Assembly: GCA_010909165.1 (NCBI GenBank)
Contig: VJWM01000068.1
Coordinates: 1,116,001-1,180,000, forward strand
DNA: 64,000 nt
Reading direction: 5' to 3'
DNA from: Anthoceros angustus
Lineage: Eukaryota > Plantae > Anthocerotophyta
Both the position numbers and the translations under genes were made by a program. Positions within the stretch are counted from its first letter, which is position 1. Each line of letters begins with the position of its first letter. Below the pieces are notes generated by a model, which was given only the letters and a program-made list of their open reading frames with translations, was not told where the DNA came from and did not search any database. Of this stretch, positions 36,204 to 49,606 are shown one piece after another.

Positions 36204-38335
36204 ATGGAATCAAGCGGCCCTGTCCCTGAACACGACATTGAGCCAGGGCAAAGCGATGAGCATGTGCCACTGTCGGTGGGTCTGAATTCCCATCACAGTT
36301 TCGGCACCCTAGCAGATGCATCTGCCGGAAGTGAAGAGAACAGCGTGGAGAAGGATGTGGAGATTGTTGAGGAAGGGGTGTCGGGTGTTCACACTTTGGG
36401 TGATGGAGCGAAAGAGGAGCAGGAGCAGGTAGGTCTTATTGGTCCGACATTTGTTTCTCAGGAAAGCACTGGGGACTGTTCGGAGGGCTGTGTGGCAGCT
36501 CAGGACAAGGATAGAGGCGATTTACATACTGAAGAATTCACGCGGCGGGTACCTAACCCGTTCAGGGGGGCTTCGGATTCCAAGTCGGATGAATCCTCGT
36601 CTTCATGTGGAGATGATGATGATCTCTGGGAAGATGTCATGACCCTGACACACACTTCCGAGACATCTGGTCGCCAAAGTACGATATACATCATTGGCAC
36701 AGCTCATGTGTCTCAGGTGAGTTCAGTGTACTGAGGCACCTTTTTTCTCTAACATCTAGTCTCTGGTTGACAGCAAAGGTTCTAAGAACACGTAGGTGCA
36801 CTCAGGTCCCACTGGCCTCAGCATGAATAAAGACGTTGTACTCCCCACCTTTACCTGAGGCATCTAACCAAGCATCGAACGTTTTACAGGCATCTTGCGA
36901 CCAAGTGGCCAGATTGATCCAGAGCGTGAAACCAGAGGTACAGATGTGTTTTGTAATAGCAGATTCCAACGCCCCGTCTGGTTCTAGCATCCATTATGGT
37001 TAGATCATTCAGACAGAGGCCTTCCTGTGACCTGCCTTGCAGGCTGTGTTCTTGGAGCTATGTCAGTTGCGTACTAATCTGCTCCGCCCTCAGAAGTTGG
37101 AGGTACTGATACTGGCTTGAGAAGTTGTCAAGTTCCCTGTCCTGATGCAAAGGCATTTTATTTTGTTCTCCGATGTGCTTCTGTTGTGAAGGTTCCTACA
37201 TTTACTGAAATGCTGCACGCCTTGAGAGGCAAGCGAATGACTGCCCTTGAAATCGTCTGCAAGCTTTTCCTGTGGAAGGTCCGGTGTCGTTCGGCCAGGT
37301 ATGACGTTATGTTAGTGTATCTTCGTTGGAATGACATGAACTTATGGGTGACCAGGTGGCTTCCAAATTAGAAGTCCTTCCCGGTGCCGAGTTTCGGGTA
37401 GCATATGAAGGGGCAGAGGCATGTGGAGCACACGTAATTCTAGGCGATCGACCGCTGCAGGTTCAACTTCCAATAGGCTCTACTTTAAGAGTTTTTGGTT
37501 CTGATTTTGTCCCTTGCATGAGTTAGCAACAATAACATGGCTGGGTCGATTTTGTCTGCATTTCCAGGTGACATTGCTGAGGGCATGGAGAATGATGAGT
37601 TTTAAGGAAAAGGCTTGGTACATACCACTTATGTTACTTCAATCTATGTTTCTTCCTAGTGCTGACGATCTGAGGGAGTTGGTAAGAACATGCTTTCTTG
37701 TCTGCAGCAATCAGTATCCAGCTAATCCTAACGAGTAAGGAAACTTGACCGATCACAGGTTGAGAAAATGAAGGATACTAACTTTGTCACCAAGGCAATC
37801 CAAGCATTCAGGCAGTCCTTGCCTACAGTGGCGCTGACTCTCATTCATGAGCGAGACCAGTATGAAGACTTTCCTCCACTTTTTGTCGTCCTCCAGTTTC
37901 TGCATGTTTCTAGCTCTGGTGAACCAGAAAGATTTGATGGGCCCCATACTGGATGTCTGTGTTTCTTAAAACCTTTCCTCTCTCTGGTTTTACAGCACTA
38001 ACCATCCATAACTTCCGCAGGTACATGGCAGCAATGATCAGAGCTACTGCAAATAAGTACTCTTCTGTGGTGGTAGTTGTAGGTAAAGGCCACGTAGCAG
38101 GGATCGTCCGGAACTGGGACGAACACATTTCAGTAAGTGGTGGTCTTTTCATGGTCTGGCGGCTTCCAATTTCATGGGAATTGGCTCATTTGTTCCTTAT
38201 GAACTGGTGATGCAGTTGGAGTCACTGCTCGTCGTCCCCCCCCACAAGCCTGCCAAGTTGCGCTGGGGATTATTAGCTCTGTCCGCTGGTAGTCTTGCAA
38301 TCCTCTCGGGAGCCTATCTCGCTTACAGAAGATAA
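36204..38335 (+). CDS. TraB domain-containing protein, copy 2 (tandem paralog)
   Basis: Same exon structure and motifs as copy 1: GTAHVS, PGAEFRVA, LIHERDQYM, VVGKGHVAGI, TM followed by YRR*. Confidence 0.9.
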
Positions 38336-38617
38336 CTTGCACACTATCACCAGCTGTGGGCATCGCCCTCTCAATCGATTGTTAGAGACTATTTTGCTTC
38401 CGAAGAAACGATCATTTGGCCGGATAGCAAGGTGAGGCATACGAGAGGAGGGGTGTATGCTCTTCAATCCCCCTCCATTATTCTCAAGCTCTCTCATCTT
38501 GGTTTGATGGTTAAGATTTTGGAAGTGTAAGATTGGGTCCCGTGGAAGTTACTTCATTAAGATATGTATACATTAAGTTTTTCCTTAAAATTCTATGGTA
38601 CTCTAAAATCAGCTTAC

Positions 38618-38770
38618 CGAGTAGAAGACTTCCTCGACAGCAAGCTCGAAGCCTAACATTTCTCATATCTATCCGAGAAGCGGTATGGGTCCGAGTAGAA
38701 GACTTCCTCGACAGCAAGCTCGAAGCCTAACATTTCTCATATCTATTCGAGAAGCGGTATGGGTCCGAGA
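38618..38770. repeat. 73-bp tandem repeat x2, related to the 35-bp array at 41030-41280
   Basis: Shared core cctcgacagcaagctcgaa(g/a)cctaaca. Confidence 0.85.
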
Positions 38771-38829
38771 AGCAGTATGGGCAAGGAAGTCAAGCTTTTC
38801 TTCTAGATTCCCTCATTGATCTGCAAGTG

Positions 38830-39500
38830 CTCGCCACCGCTCTTGCTCGGGAAAGGGAGCACTAAGTTCCTGGCTTCTGGCTCAACCTTGCATTGAGGCC
38901 TTTTATACCGACTCCCTTTTATACCGCGACGAGGTTCCGCCTGGGCGTGGTCCAACCTTTGGTCTATTCTTTTACGTGCTGGCATCTATGGAGCCCCCTC
39001 GATGACGCTGGAACCCACCTAGCTTGCTGTCTAACTGGCGGGCAGCGCATTGCGACACATGACACCATCCAAGATGTCACGTTTTCAATGGCCAAAGAGA
39101 GCGGATTCTTTCCTTTCAGGGAGCGCCCATATACATAGCTTAATGGCATTTCTCTCTCAGGCTGATTTATTTTTTTACTTGAGGGGACCATGATCAAGAC
39201 TCATGGGGCCATGGGCAAGAATTTTCGAGGTTTATCGAGGGCTGTGCAAAGGCCTACCCACACCCGTAAGAATGGGTACGTCTTCCCCAATCCTTTGTGG
39301 TGGCTTCTTTCGGCAACATCTTTCCATCGCCCTACAAAGGGCAGTGGCAAGCACAATTTACGGGACAACTTTAAATGTGGGAGACACAACATCTTCAGCT
39401 CCCATGGTAAGTAGGCTCTTTCTTATTCCAAACTACGACATCTTTAGGGCAATAGATAGTTTCAAGTAAATAATCACGGGGACTAGTCCCACTTGGCCTA
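38830..39500 (+). mobile_element. Degenerate CRE-like non-LTR 3' fragment
   Basis: TRFRLGVVQP...PLDDAGTHLACC...RIATHD...AKESG and KTHGAMGK, homologous to 31826-32600. Confidence 0.8.
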
Positions 39501-39653
39501 GGGCTCTTTAGTGGGTTCTTTCCCACTCCTTTGATGGACATGGGACTTCCCATCTCAACATATCTATAAGGTCTCCGCATGACCTCCTTTATTCTCCACG
39601 GATGGACTTCCGCTTCTTTCGTGCAATCCCGTTGGGTATCATTGTGTAAGTCG

Positions 39654-39751
39654 GTTGTTGCCACAAAGGATCCACCAATGGAAATACCCTGTTGTTGCCA
39701 CAAAGGATCCACCAATGGAAATACCCTATTGTTGCCACAAAGGATCCACCA
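39654..39751. repeat. 37-bp tandem repeat, about 2.7 copies
   Basis: gttgttgccacaaaggatccaccaatggaaataccct at 39654, 39691 and 39728. Confidence 0.9.
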
Positions 39752-39994
39752 GTGCAAATACTGCCACAGTTAGTCACCCGCTGTCTCATGAGACACAGCA
39801 AGAAGCAATGCATGTATGTCAAATGGTAAACTTCATGTTGGCCAAAGAATGTTGAAAATTAAATAATATAATTAAATATTCTATTTGACAACTTTTTTAT
39901 GCATTGAGATGCTTAAATGGAGTATCTGAGTATAAAATAAAATTAAATAAAGTAAAGGAATGATTAAAATCTAAAATATATTTTGGCACACTAT

Positions 39995-40108
39995 TTTATA
40001 AAGGGGAAATAAGACTTTATTATAAAAAAGACATGGGAAAATACCATCCACCCCAAAAACAAAAGGGGAAAAACCCAACGAAGGGCACCATGCCAGGGGA
40101 CTAGCCCC
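39995..40108 (-). mobile_element. Inverted copy of the CRE-like element 3' UTR
   Basis: The reverse complement matches 32592-32695 (gctagtcccctggcatggtgcccttcgttgggtttttcccc...ttttataataaagtctt). Confidence 0.8.
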
Positions 40109-40235
40109 CAATAATATGTTAGTTTGGCATCGCCTCCTTACCGTGACCCTCCACTTGTCTCCCACAAGATATCTTATATAGGCCGGCTCAACACATTTCT
40201 ACTTATTCCATAGAGTGTGACTCTTTACTATTTGA

Positions 40236-40826
40236 ATGATTATAGTTCTATTCTTATATGATTTATTGTTGGATGTTACTCATCTTTGGTATCATCAAAT
40301 TAATATGAAAATGACTATTACAAAGATATTCATATACATGATGATAATTATCAATCTTATTTTAGGAATGTTCAATTTAACAATTGCTGCCACCTTTTAT
40401 CCAGATCCGGATCCAAATATCTCCATCATTGAATTTGAATGTTACAATGAACTAGAGGTACCCTACGTTCAATTGATTTATTTCATCGAAGTATGTATTA
40501 CAAAGATAATTAACGAAGGAATATTGTCATTCAATCCTTTGCTAGAAGTATGGGCTAATGGGGGAATATATTATACAAGATTTGCTAACTACGTGATTTC
40601 ATTAGAAGGTGCCATAAATTGCAAAACTAATCATGGAACCAAGGAAACTATGCGGACTAGTAATCAATGTCAGGTTTGTGGTACTAGTCTAGCAAATATA
40701 ATGAAGCTCCGTTGTCCACACCATTTACAAGTAGCACTAGATGCAATAGATTGTGCTTTGGCTTATCATGTGACATTTACGCATATGCCTGAATCTTGTC
40801 CTAATCCAGATCTAAATAAAAGATGA
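40236..40826 (+). CDS. Secreted Gnk2-homologous / DUF26-like cysteine-rich protein, intronless, AT-rich
   Basis: Hydrophobic signal region, then DPDPNISIIEFECYN, then GAINC-x15-CQVC-x11-CP...DCALAY. This resembles the DUF26 C-x8-C-x2-C ... C ... CxxxY pattern. The true start is probably one of the downstream Mets. Confidence 0.6.
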   Translation: MIIVLFLYDLLLDVTHLWYHQINMKMTITKIFIYMMIIINLILGMFNLTIAATFYPDPDPNISIIEFECYNELEVPYVQLIYFIEVCITKIINEGILSFNPLLEVWANGGIYYTRFANYVISLEGAINCKTNHGTKETMRTSNQCQVCGTSLANIMKLRCPHHLQVALDAIDCALAYHVTFTHMPESCPNPDLNKR

Positions 40827-41029
40827 GTATATAACTTACTCCATTAAGATATTTACATATTAAGTTTCTCCTTAAAATTGTATGATACTCTAAGACCAAC
40901 TTGCATGATATTTTTGAATCAAAGACGCATACTAGTGTTACTTATAGGTTTATCAATTAAAAATATTAAAATGAACCTTCATATAGCATTCTGGACCTTT
41001 CCCATACCTGTAGGCATTCTAGCAACTTT

Positions 41030-41280
41030 GGGTCACCTCGACAGCCACCTCGGAGTCTAGAAGCTTTGGGTCATTCGACAACAAGCGTGAAACCTAACAG
41101 AAGGCCTCCTCGACAGCAAGCTCGAAACCTAACAGAAGGCCTCCTCGATAACAAGCTCGAAACCTAATAGAAAGGCCTCCTCGACAGCAAGCTTGAAGCC
41201 TAGCAGAAGGCCTCCTCGATCGACAGCAAGATCGAAGTCTAGCAACTCTGGGTCATCTCACAGCCACCTCAAAGCCTTAA
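41030..41280. repeat. ~35-bp tandem repeat array
   Basis: gaaggcctcctcgacagcaagctcgaaacctaaca units, with degenerate flanking copies. Confidence 0.88.
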
Positions 41281-41539
41281 TGAAGGCTTTATAATACTAC
41301 AGCGAGTGTACGCGAGCATATCATGTGAATGTGGAGATAAAAGTGCAACAAACTCGCACCACATTGTCAAAGGCTACAGGTCCTGGAGTTCATGACCTTG
41401 TATGAGGATACCCAACACACTAATAGAAATTAATGATTTAAGCATGCAAGAGGTAGATTAGCAGATCTGGAAATCTCCCCGTCTTAGAGGTCCCGGTGGA
41501 GTCCCAGACTTAATTCAAGATTACGTGGATGCTTATTCA

Positions 41540-41765
41540 ATATTACATGGATGCTGCTCTAAAGGAGATTTGGCTCACATCGGTGACCTCTCTTTATTAG
41601 GGACCCACATATGGCGTACAGTATCCTCTTCCTGCTTCTTACGTCGTCGGAGGTACTTTCTCCGAACGGTGTCCCCCTCTCGGACTTTTCTATCTAGCGT
41701 GAGGAACTTCGATAAGTAGGTCATGCAGCTGCGTGTTGGGGACATCATCCGCCCAAGTACCTTTG
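41540..41765 (+). mobile_element. CRE-like non-LTR RT fragment, left part, interrupted by the CACTA element
   Basis: YFLRTVSP and gacatcatc(c/g)gccca match 30720-30822. The homology resumes at 49610. Confidence 0.75.
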
Positions 41766-44700
41766 CACTACTAGGAAAACAGGCCTTTTACAACGGAAAT
41801 TACAACGGGCATTACAACGCCTTTACTAAGTCTGTAGTAAAAATTCCCGTAGTAAACACACCTTAGTAATATCCATAGTAAAAGTATATACGCGTATACG
41901 AGGGCTATATCATGTATTGAATACGGTATTGTCCAATCCATACGGTGTATGGCTTGACTGGTGGTCCGTACACTGGTTAAACTTTACAACGGAACCCCTT
42001 TACAACGGACATTACTACGATACACTTACAACGCATTTTACAACTTCAATAACCATGGTTAATATACTAGAGTTAAGTACTATTGACCGCAGTTTATTAA
42101 CTGGGGTTAAGTAACTAGATTCCGATTACCACAAACTAGTTGGCTATACTTAACCATGATTAACCTAACTGAATGGCCGTTGTAATCGTGCGTAACTTTC
42201 GCACGAGCCCTGTTGTAATAAGTATGCACTTTACGGACCTTGTTGTAAATGGAACCACGTGTACAGTTCGTTTAAAAGTACTCATTTACAACGAAGCCGT
42301 TGTAAAAGGCTCTCGTTAAAGTTTCGGAGTAGAGATAGGTCCGTTGTAAACTTAATGCGTTGCAATGAAACAAGTTTGTTGTAAAATCTACAGAGGTCTG
42401 TTGTAAAAAACTCCACTAACGCTATATTGGCAAAGCCTACTACACCATGCATCCTACAATCGGTAGTAGATTAGTTTGTCACCTGCGGCCTCCATTTGTG
42501 ACAACCGCCAACTCCTTCACAAACATTCAACTACATGAACAAAGCCCACATAACGAGATGAACTTAAACAATTACGGCTGAAGCTAACAGGAATTTATAG
42601 TGGAAGTGCAAGCTCTATTTACTGACCTGAACTATGATGAGGCTTTCTTAGCCTTTTTCGCAACTGTCCGGGGAAGAAGATGTTCCACCATGAAACCTTC
42701 ATCCCGGACCCTCTTCTTCATAATGGCCTCCATTACATTCATCACACTCTACACTCTCATATCCGCTTCATGCAATAGATTCCGACATTCACAGCCTTAT
42801 CGACTTTCCCTTCAGAATCCACTTGAGGACCCAAGGATGGAATTGTGGTTTTAGTCTCCTTCCAATGCGCCTCGCTTGTTCAACCAATTTCCATGCCTAG
42901 ATCCCACCTTGATCTCCTCTAAAGTTGCTTGCCTATCAAACTTGGCTTTGAACTCTCCATGAATTGCTTTTGACCTCCAAACCCAAAGCAAGAATAGGGC
43001 TTACCAATGACGTTTTCCCCTACCTTTGCAATCTTTTGTTGGGTGCAACAACACCATCCAAATTTTATCTTTCTCTGTTTCGAAGAACATCCCAATACTC
43101 CTTCTTCAAGCTCTTGGGCACATACTTACTTGATTTCTTCCCATGTAAGAAGTGCCTAGCCTCCTTTCTCAAGTTATTCTTCCAATGCCTCGGCCGGGTG
43201 CCACTAAGCGAGCTACAATACAATGAAAGCTCCATGGACCTGAAATTGTTTGACGTAAGGTGCTTTCAATAAAAAAGCACTTCAACATCAGAGTGCGCCC
43301 AAAAATCAGACAACAGTGGGTTGCACATGTGTCGGATAGTGTAGTGCACCCTATCCTTCAGTGGAAACCAAGAAGGCGAGTCACGTAGTATGTAACCTGC
43401 ACATACAAAAACACATAGACAATTGTGCTTTAGTACATTCTGTCCAACAAAACCTCATGACTGAAATCCAAGCCTCAACCCTAAATTAATAGGCCATGGA
43501 GTTACAAGCCTACTACACCTACTTTTGCGGGTGTAACTCGGGCACATACTTGTCACTTGATTTCTTCCCATGTAAGAAGTGCCTAGCCTCCTTTCTCAAG
43601 TTATTCTTCCAATGCCTCGGCCGGGTGCCACTAATCGAATGGCCGTTGTAAACTTAATGCGTTGCAATGAAACAAGTTTGTTGTAAAAACTCCACTAACG
43701 CTATCTTGGCAAAGCCTACTACACCATGCATGGATCACCCCATTCTATCGCAAAACAACCATGCATCCCTCACCTACCATCTTCCTCACAAAGAATACTT
43801 ACCACTTTCATGCAAGTGCGATAGCAAAACCTCATCTTTGGATGTCGAAATTCCTCTTCCGCTTTTGGACCACGCGCTTGTTGCCCTCAAGTCCACGTCC
43901 ATACATGTAGGAATTTCGCCATGTACCCGGCATGAGCATCCCTGATGCTCATGATGGGGGTTGGCTGACCCAATTGTATTTTCGATCATGCATAAATCGG
44001 TGGCAAGGGTGTCCTAGAAGCAAATGAATCCACTTCGGATCACAGCCTTCCCATTTCCCGATCTCGCATCTTCCAAAATATCGGCTATCTCACGATCCCG
44101 AGGCTATCACAAACCACCACGTCGAATCGTGCCAATCCTTCATCTTGTCGTGAGCTCACCTTCGGTGGTGAAAAATTGGCCGTGTATTCGGCTTGCGAAG
44201 GCACCTTGTTGTAAATGAACCTGGTGTCGGTTCGTTTAAAAATACTAGGCATTTACAACGGACCTTGTTGTAAAAGGCTCTCGTTAAAGTTTCGGAGTAG
44301 AGATAGGGGTCCGTTGTAAACTTAATGCGTTGCAATGAAACAAGTTTGTTGTAAAATCTCTGAGGTTTGTAAAAACTCCACTAACGCTATCTTGGCAAAG
44401 CCTACTACACCATGCATCCTACAATCGGTAGTAGATTAGTTTGTCACCTGCGGCCTCCATTTGACAGCAACTTCGCCAACACTCCTTCACAAACATTCAA
44501 CTACATGAACAAAGCCCACATAACGAGATGAACTTAAACAATTACGGCTGAAGCTAACAGGAATTTATAGTGGAAGTGCAAGCTCTATTCGACTGAACTA
44601 TGGTGAGGCTTTCTTAGCCTTTTACATGTGGAAGAAGATGTTCCACCATGAAACCTTCATCCGGACCCTCTTCTTGAATGGCCTCCATTACATTCATCAC

Positions 44701-47700
44701 ACTCTACACTCTCATATCCGCTTCATGCAATAGATTCCGACATTCACGGCCTTATCGACTTTCCCTTGAGAATCCACTTGAGGACCCAAGGATGGAATTG
44801 TGGTTTTAGTCTCTTCCAATGCGCTCTCGACTTGTTCAACCAATTTCCATGCCTAGATCCCACCTTGATCTCCTTCAAAAGTTGCTTGCCTATCAAACTT
44901 GGCTGAACTCCATGAATTGCTTTTGACCTCCAAACCCAAAGCAAGAATAGGGCTTACCGACGTTTTCCCCTCACGCAGCAATCTTCTGTTGACTGGGTGC
45001 AACAACACCATCCAGCTTATCTTTCTCCTGTTTCAGAAGAACATCCCAATATTCCTTCTCCAGGCTCTTGGGCACATACTTGTCACTTGATTTCTTCCGA
45101 TGTAAGAAGTGCCTAGCCTCCTTTCTCAAGTTATTCTTCCAATGCCTCAGCCCGGGTGCCACTAACTGAGCTACAACACAATGAAAGCTCCATGGACCTG
45201 AAATTGTTTGACGTAAGGTGCTTTCAATAAAAAAGCACTTCAACATCAGAGTGCGCCCAAAAATCGACAAGATGGGTTGCACATGTCGGATGTGTAGTGC
45301 ACCCTATCCTTCGGAAACCAAGAAGGCGAGTCACGTAGTATGTAACTGCACATTCAAAAACACATAGACAATTGTGCTTTAGTACATTACATGCAACATA
45401 ACCTCATGGAAATCCAGCCTCAACCCAAATTAATGACCATGGAGTTACAAGCCTACTACACCTACTTTTGCGGGGTAACTCCAGGGCACAGTATCGGCTA
45501 TCTCACGATCCCGAGGCTATCACAAACCACCACGTCGAATCGTGCCAATCCTTCATCTTTGGATGTCGAAATTCCTCTTCCGCTTTTGGTGCACGCCGCT
45601 TGTTGCCCTCAAAAGTCAACGTCCATACATGAACAAAGCCCACATAACGAGATGAACTTCAACAAAACCTCATCTTCGTCGTCGCCTCTTGGACAATCCA
45701 AGCCTCAACCCAAATTAATGACCATGGAGTTACAAGCCTACTACACCATGCATCCCTCACCCATTCCTATCGCAAAACAACCATGCATCAGGCCTCACCT
45801 ACAAGCATCTTCCTCACAAACAGAATTCCTACCACTTTCATGCAAGTGCGATAGCAAAACCTCATGCTGTAAGTCGAAATTCCTCTTCCGTTTTGGACCA
45901 CGCCGCTTGTTGCCCTCAAAGTCCACGTCCATACATGCCGTAGGAATTTCGCTATGTACCTCAGCATGAGCATCCCCACTCTGATGCTCATGTTGGGGGT
46001 TGACACAGCCCGGCTGTGTTTCGACACCAACTGTAATCGGTGGCAAGGGTGTCCTAGAAGCAAATGAGTTCACTTCTGGATCACAGGCCTGCCCATTTCC
46101 CAGTCTCGCAGCATCTTCCAAAATATCAGCTATCTCACGATCCTGGAGGCTATCACAAACCACCACGTCAGAATCGTGCCAATCCTTCATCTTGTCGTGA
46201 GCTCACCTTCGGTGGTGAAAAATTGGCCGTGTATTCGGCTTGCGAAGGCACCTTCGACTTCAGGCTGCAGGACAGTTGTTGGTCCCTTTTCACCGGCAGT
46301 GTCTGGTGCCTGAATCACACCCTACCCGGTCGAGCTGAACTCCGCCGACCTCCTCTTCGCCGGCCTCCTCAACGGCATCCTTGGTTAAGGTCGCCTCCTC
46401 TTCGTCCTTCCTTGCCTCGAGGTCGGCAGCACTTGCGGGCGGGATTCCGGCAGGCCCTGCATGGCATACACCCATGTCGGCATGTGGGCCTTCCCACTCT
46501 TGGACAATCCAAACGGATGTCCGAGGTCACCCGGTGCAGACTTCAGTCGTTCCAAACCCCTCATGTGGCACATTTCCCATTGGCTGTGAGGCCCGTTTTG
46601 TGTTGGAAGGACATCTTCATCGAGGTAAGGCGCGCACTGGACCTTGTGGAACCTGTCCTCCTCATCTTCGTCGTCGCACTCTTGGACCTCGACTCCACGA
46701 ACATGAGCCAAAAGACCCGTCAACCCCGTTTTGTGGCATTTGGGCGATGATTCTGAGCCCTTGAGACTCTTGGTTAAACTCCTCCATCGTGCTTGATCCT
46801 ACTCTCCGACCTCGTGTTGGCCTCCCAAGCCATCCATGCCAAGACTGAAATTGATAGACGCTTGCCTTGCCATTTGTCACCCTTAACTCGGCCACCGCGC
46901 TTAGCTCGTCCACGATCACCCCCCTTGCCACCTCTTGTCTGCTGATGTCTTCCAGCTGTTCGCTCATCCTCGTCACCATTGGCCTCTTCTTCTTGTGCCT
47001 GCGTCCTCAACTTCTTCACCTGCACCCACTTACCTTTTAGGTATTGAGGCGCCGGCCCTAAGATCGAAGCAGCATGCGCCAAGTTCTTGTTTTTCACAAC
47101 CATCGCTGGGTCCGACGTCGCAGTTCCTTCCAGTGTGGCCTCGACGGCTGCATCCCCAGCGCAGAAGGCCGCCGTTGCCAATCGCCTTGTCTCGATGTCC
47201 ATCTCGGCATGGCATTCTATCTTCCTGGCTTTTGGCATCTGCACCCATTGCTGGTTGTGAAAAACAGGAGCTCTGTAGCGAACGGCACGAGAAAACAACA
47301 ACACAGACACATGAATGCAAAGCCCACAGAGAAAGAACAACGCCCTCATGCTGACATACCCTTGACCTAGAACTTGCCTTTACCACACTTGCTGAGGTGT
47401 CCTTCTTCTTCTACAATGTTTGCGCTCCTCGAGCTGCTGTATAGACGTGGTATATCCCTGACCACAAGAGAGCGGTGTGCGGACCGCATTCATAGATGTC
47501 TCGGTACTCTCTCCCTTGTCCGATTGGCAAAAACAGAGATGACGTGCGGGGCCCTTTCTGGTGCTTTTCGACATCTTCGCGAAGACATTTATTTCCCGCG
47601 CATTCTCTCGAAGAAGAACACTTCTCCTCCGGTGTCTCGTGTGAACGGGCTATTGTTCTCCGATTAATTTCTGTCTGCATTATTCACCGCATTTATAGCC

Positions 47701-49606
47701 CGCTCATTGAGCTTTGGTATTTGAATATTTAACTTTACTATAGTTACCAGGGCCCGCAGGTTTCGAAACCCAAGGATAAGTTGAAACGCTATGCTTGTGG
47801 GTTTTCCCCATGTCCTTGGGTTTTGGTGTTTGATATATAATATTGGCCATGATTTCATTTAAGCGTTCGGGACCACTGGGTTATAAATGCTGGAAATGGG
47901 TTTCCCCATTGTCCTTGGGTTTTGGTAGCTGGTTAAACTCCAATGGTTTGAGTAGTCCTTGGGTTTCGGGAAAATGGTTTAGTGTTAATATCTTGGGTTT
48001 CGGGAACATGGTTTATGGTTTCTTGGGTTTCGGGAACATGGTTTAGCTTTACTCTAGTTTCGGCATCATGGTTTAGGGTTCCTTGGGTCTTGGGAACATG
48101 GTACAGTCAAATACATATCATCTCGGTCAAATACATATCCTCTTGGTCATAAACTTTGAGGTACTTGGCCATGACCAAGTTGATGTTGAGTTTTGTGACT
48201 TGTCATTTTGAACTTGGCTTCCGGACCATGTCTTGACATGCCGAATGTACTCGAGGGTCCAAGACACCTGGCGGCCTCTCATTTGCCCTAGTCGGCAACA
48301 AAAGGGTGCATTGCCTTCAAGCCACTTCACCTGTTCAGCGAGTTCATTCTACAGTCTGGAGATCGTGTCTGCCTGCTTCGCGATTGAGGTGCGCGCGCAG
48401 CCATGAGTTTTTTCAGACGGTTGTGTGCCGATTTGTAGTGTTGTGCCGGTAGTGTTATAGATGTCGCGCGCGTTTTGGGGAAAGTTGCATCGAGAACTCG
48501 TTTACGGTTCTTTGTGCGTGTGTGCTTATGCACTCAATTCTCATTTCGATCGATTGGGTTCCACGGTTTTGTTGTTGTCTTGCAGCTCTGGTTGTGGAAG
48601 ACGGGAAGCAGCCAAGCTAGCGCTATGGCTTTCAACACTGGTCATGGGATCGCAATTTTTGAGAACGACCAGAAAGAGCTCGCTGCCCTTATCGACAAGC
48701 CCGGCTCCCTTTCTCACCAATATCTGTGGCGTCTGATGCGACTAGTGCACAAGCACGTTGACAAGCTAGAGCGTGTGCACGGGGAGGTGCATAGGTTTGC
48801 CAATCGGACGGATGTTAAAATGGAGGTGGTGCACAGGCTGAGGATTTTCACGGCTACCACCTCCTTGTGGCGAATTGGAGAAGGTGGTTGGCATTGAGAA
48901 CGGAATTGAGCGTGTGGTGGGTGAGGGAGAGGCATGAGGCGGGGACTGGCAGCGTCGCATCCGGCTATAGATTACAGTGAGATCGTCGCCATCCCGTTTT
49001 GTTGTGCGCACGGTGTTGATGTTGTGTGTGGTTTTGGTGACCGACCCATAGTTTTTGGGTGAGTATGTTTCTCAATAAAGCGCGGCCACCTTTTCATTCG
49101 AGTTCCTGAACCCTTCCTCAAACCCTATACCATATGCACATGAATGCTCACATACCCTTGATCCTCGTTGTAAACCGGCGTGTTGTTGTAAGGTATGTAT
49201 ATGCGTTGTAAAAGCCCGTTGTAAAACTTGACAATGCGTTGTAAACCACTTCCCTTGTAGTAGACCATGGGCGTTGTAAAGAAAATCGTTGTAAACGTGA
49301 TGGTGTTTACTACGGCGTTGTTGTAAACAACACATTCATTGTTGTAAAATCATTGCTAGGATCTATGCGTGATGCAACCAAGAAGAGCCCTCGTAGTAAA
49401 GTAGCTTTCGATATGCCACGTCATCAGAATAGCCAGTGGCTAAATACTCCCCGTAGTAAAACACCAGAGCTCCTGTAGTAACACGAATGGCTATACAAGA
49501 AAATAATCCATGAACCATGAAGCCCCGTTGTAAATCGCCTTGAGCCTGAAATCTTCCCCTGTTCTAAAAAACAGCCTATAGTAAAAGGCCCGTTTTCCTA
49601 GTAGTG
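41766..49606. mobile_element. CACTA (En/Spm) DNA transposon, 7841 bp, probably non-autonomous
   Basis: 26-bp TIRs cactactaggaaaac(a/g)ggccttttac with one mismatch. 3-bp TSD TTG (41763-41765 and 49607-49609). Many subterminal tacaacgg/ccgttgta repeats. Internal duplication of ~42240-43540 at ~44207-45480. No Tnp2 DDE motifs seen. Confidence 0.96.
44560..47212 (-). pseudogene. Fragmented CACTA internal ORF (TnpA/ORF2-like)
   Basis: Minus-strand fragments LRHWKNNLRKEARHFL, GSRHGNWLN...HPWVLKWILKG and an acidic N-terminal region inside the CACTA. The family assignment is by context only. Confidence 0.4.
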
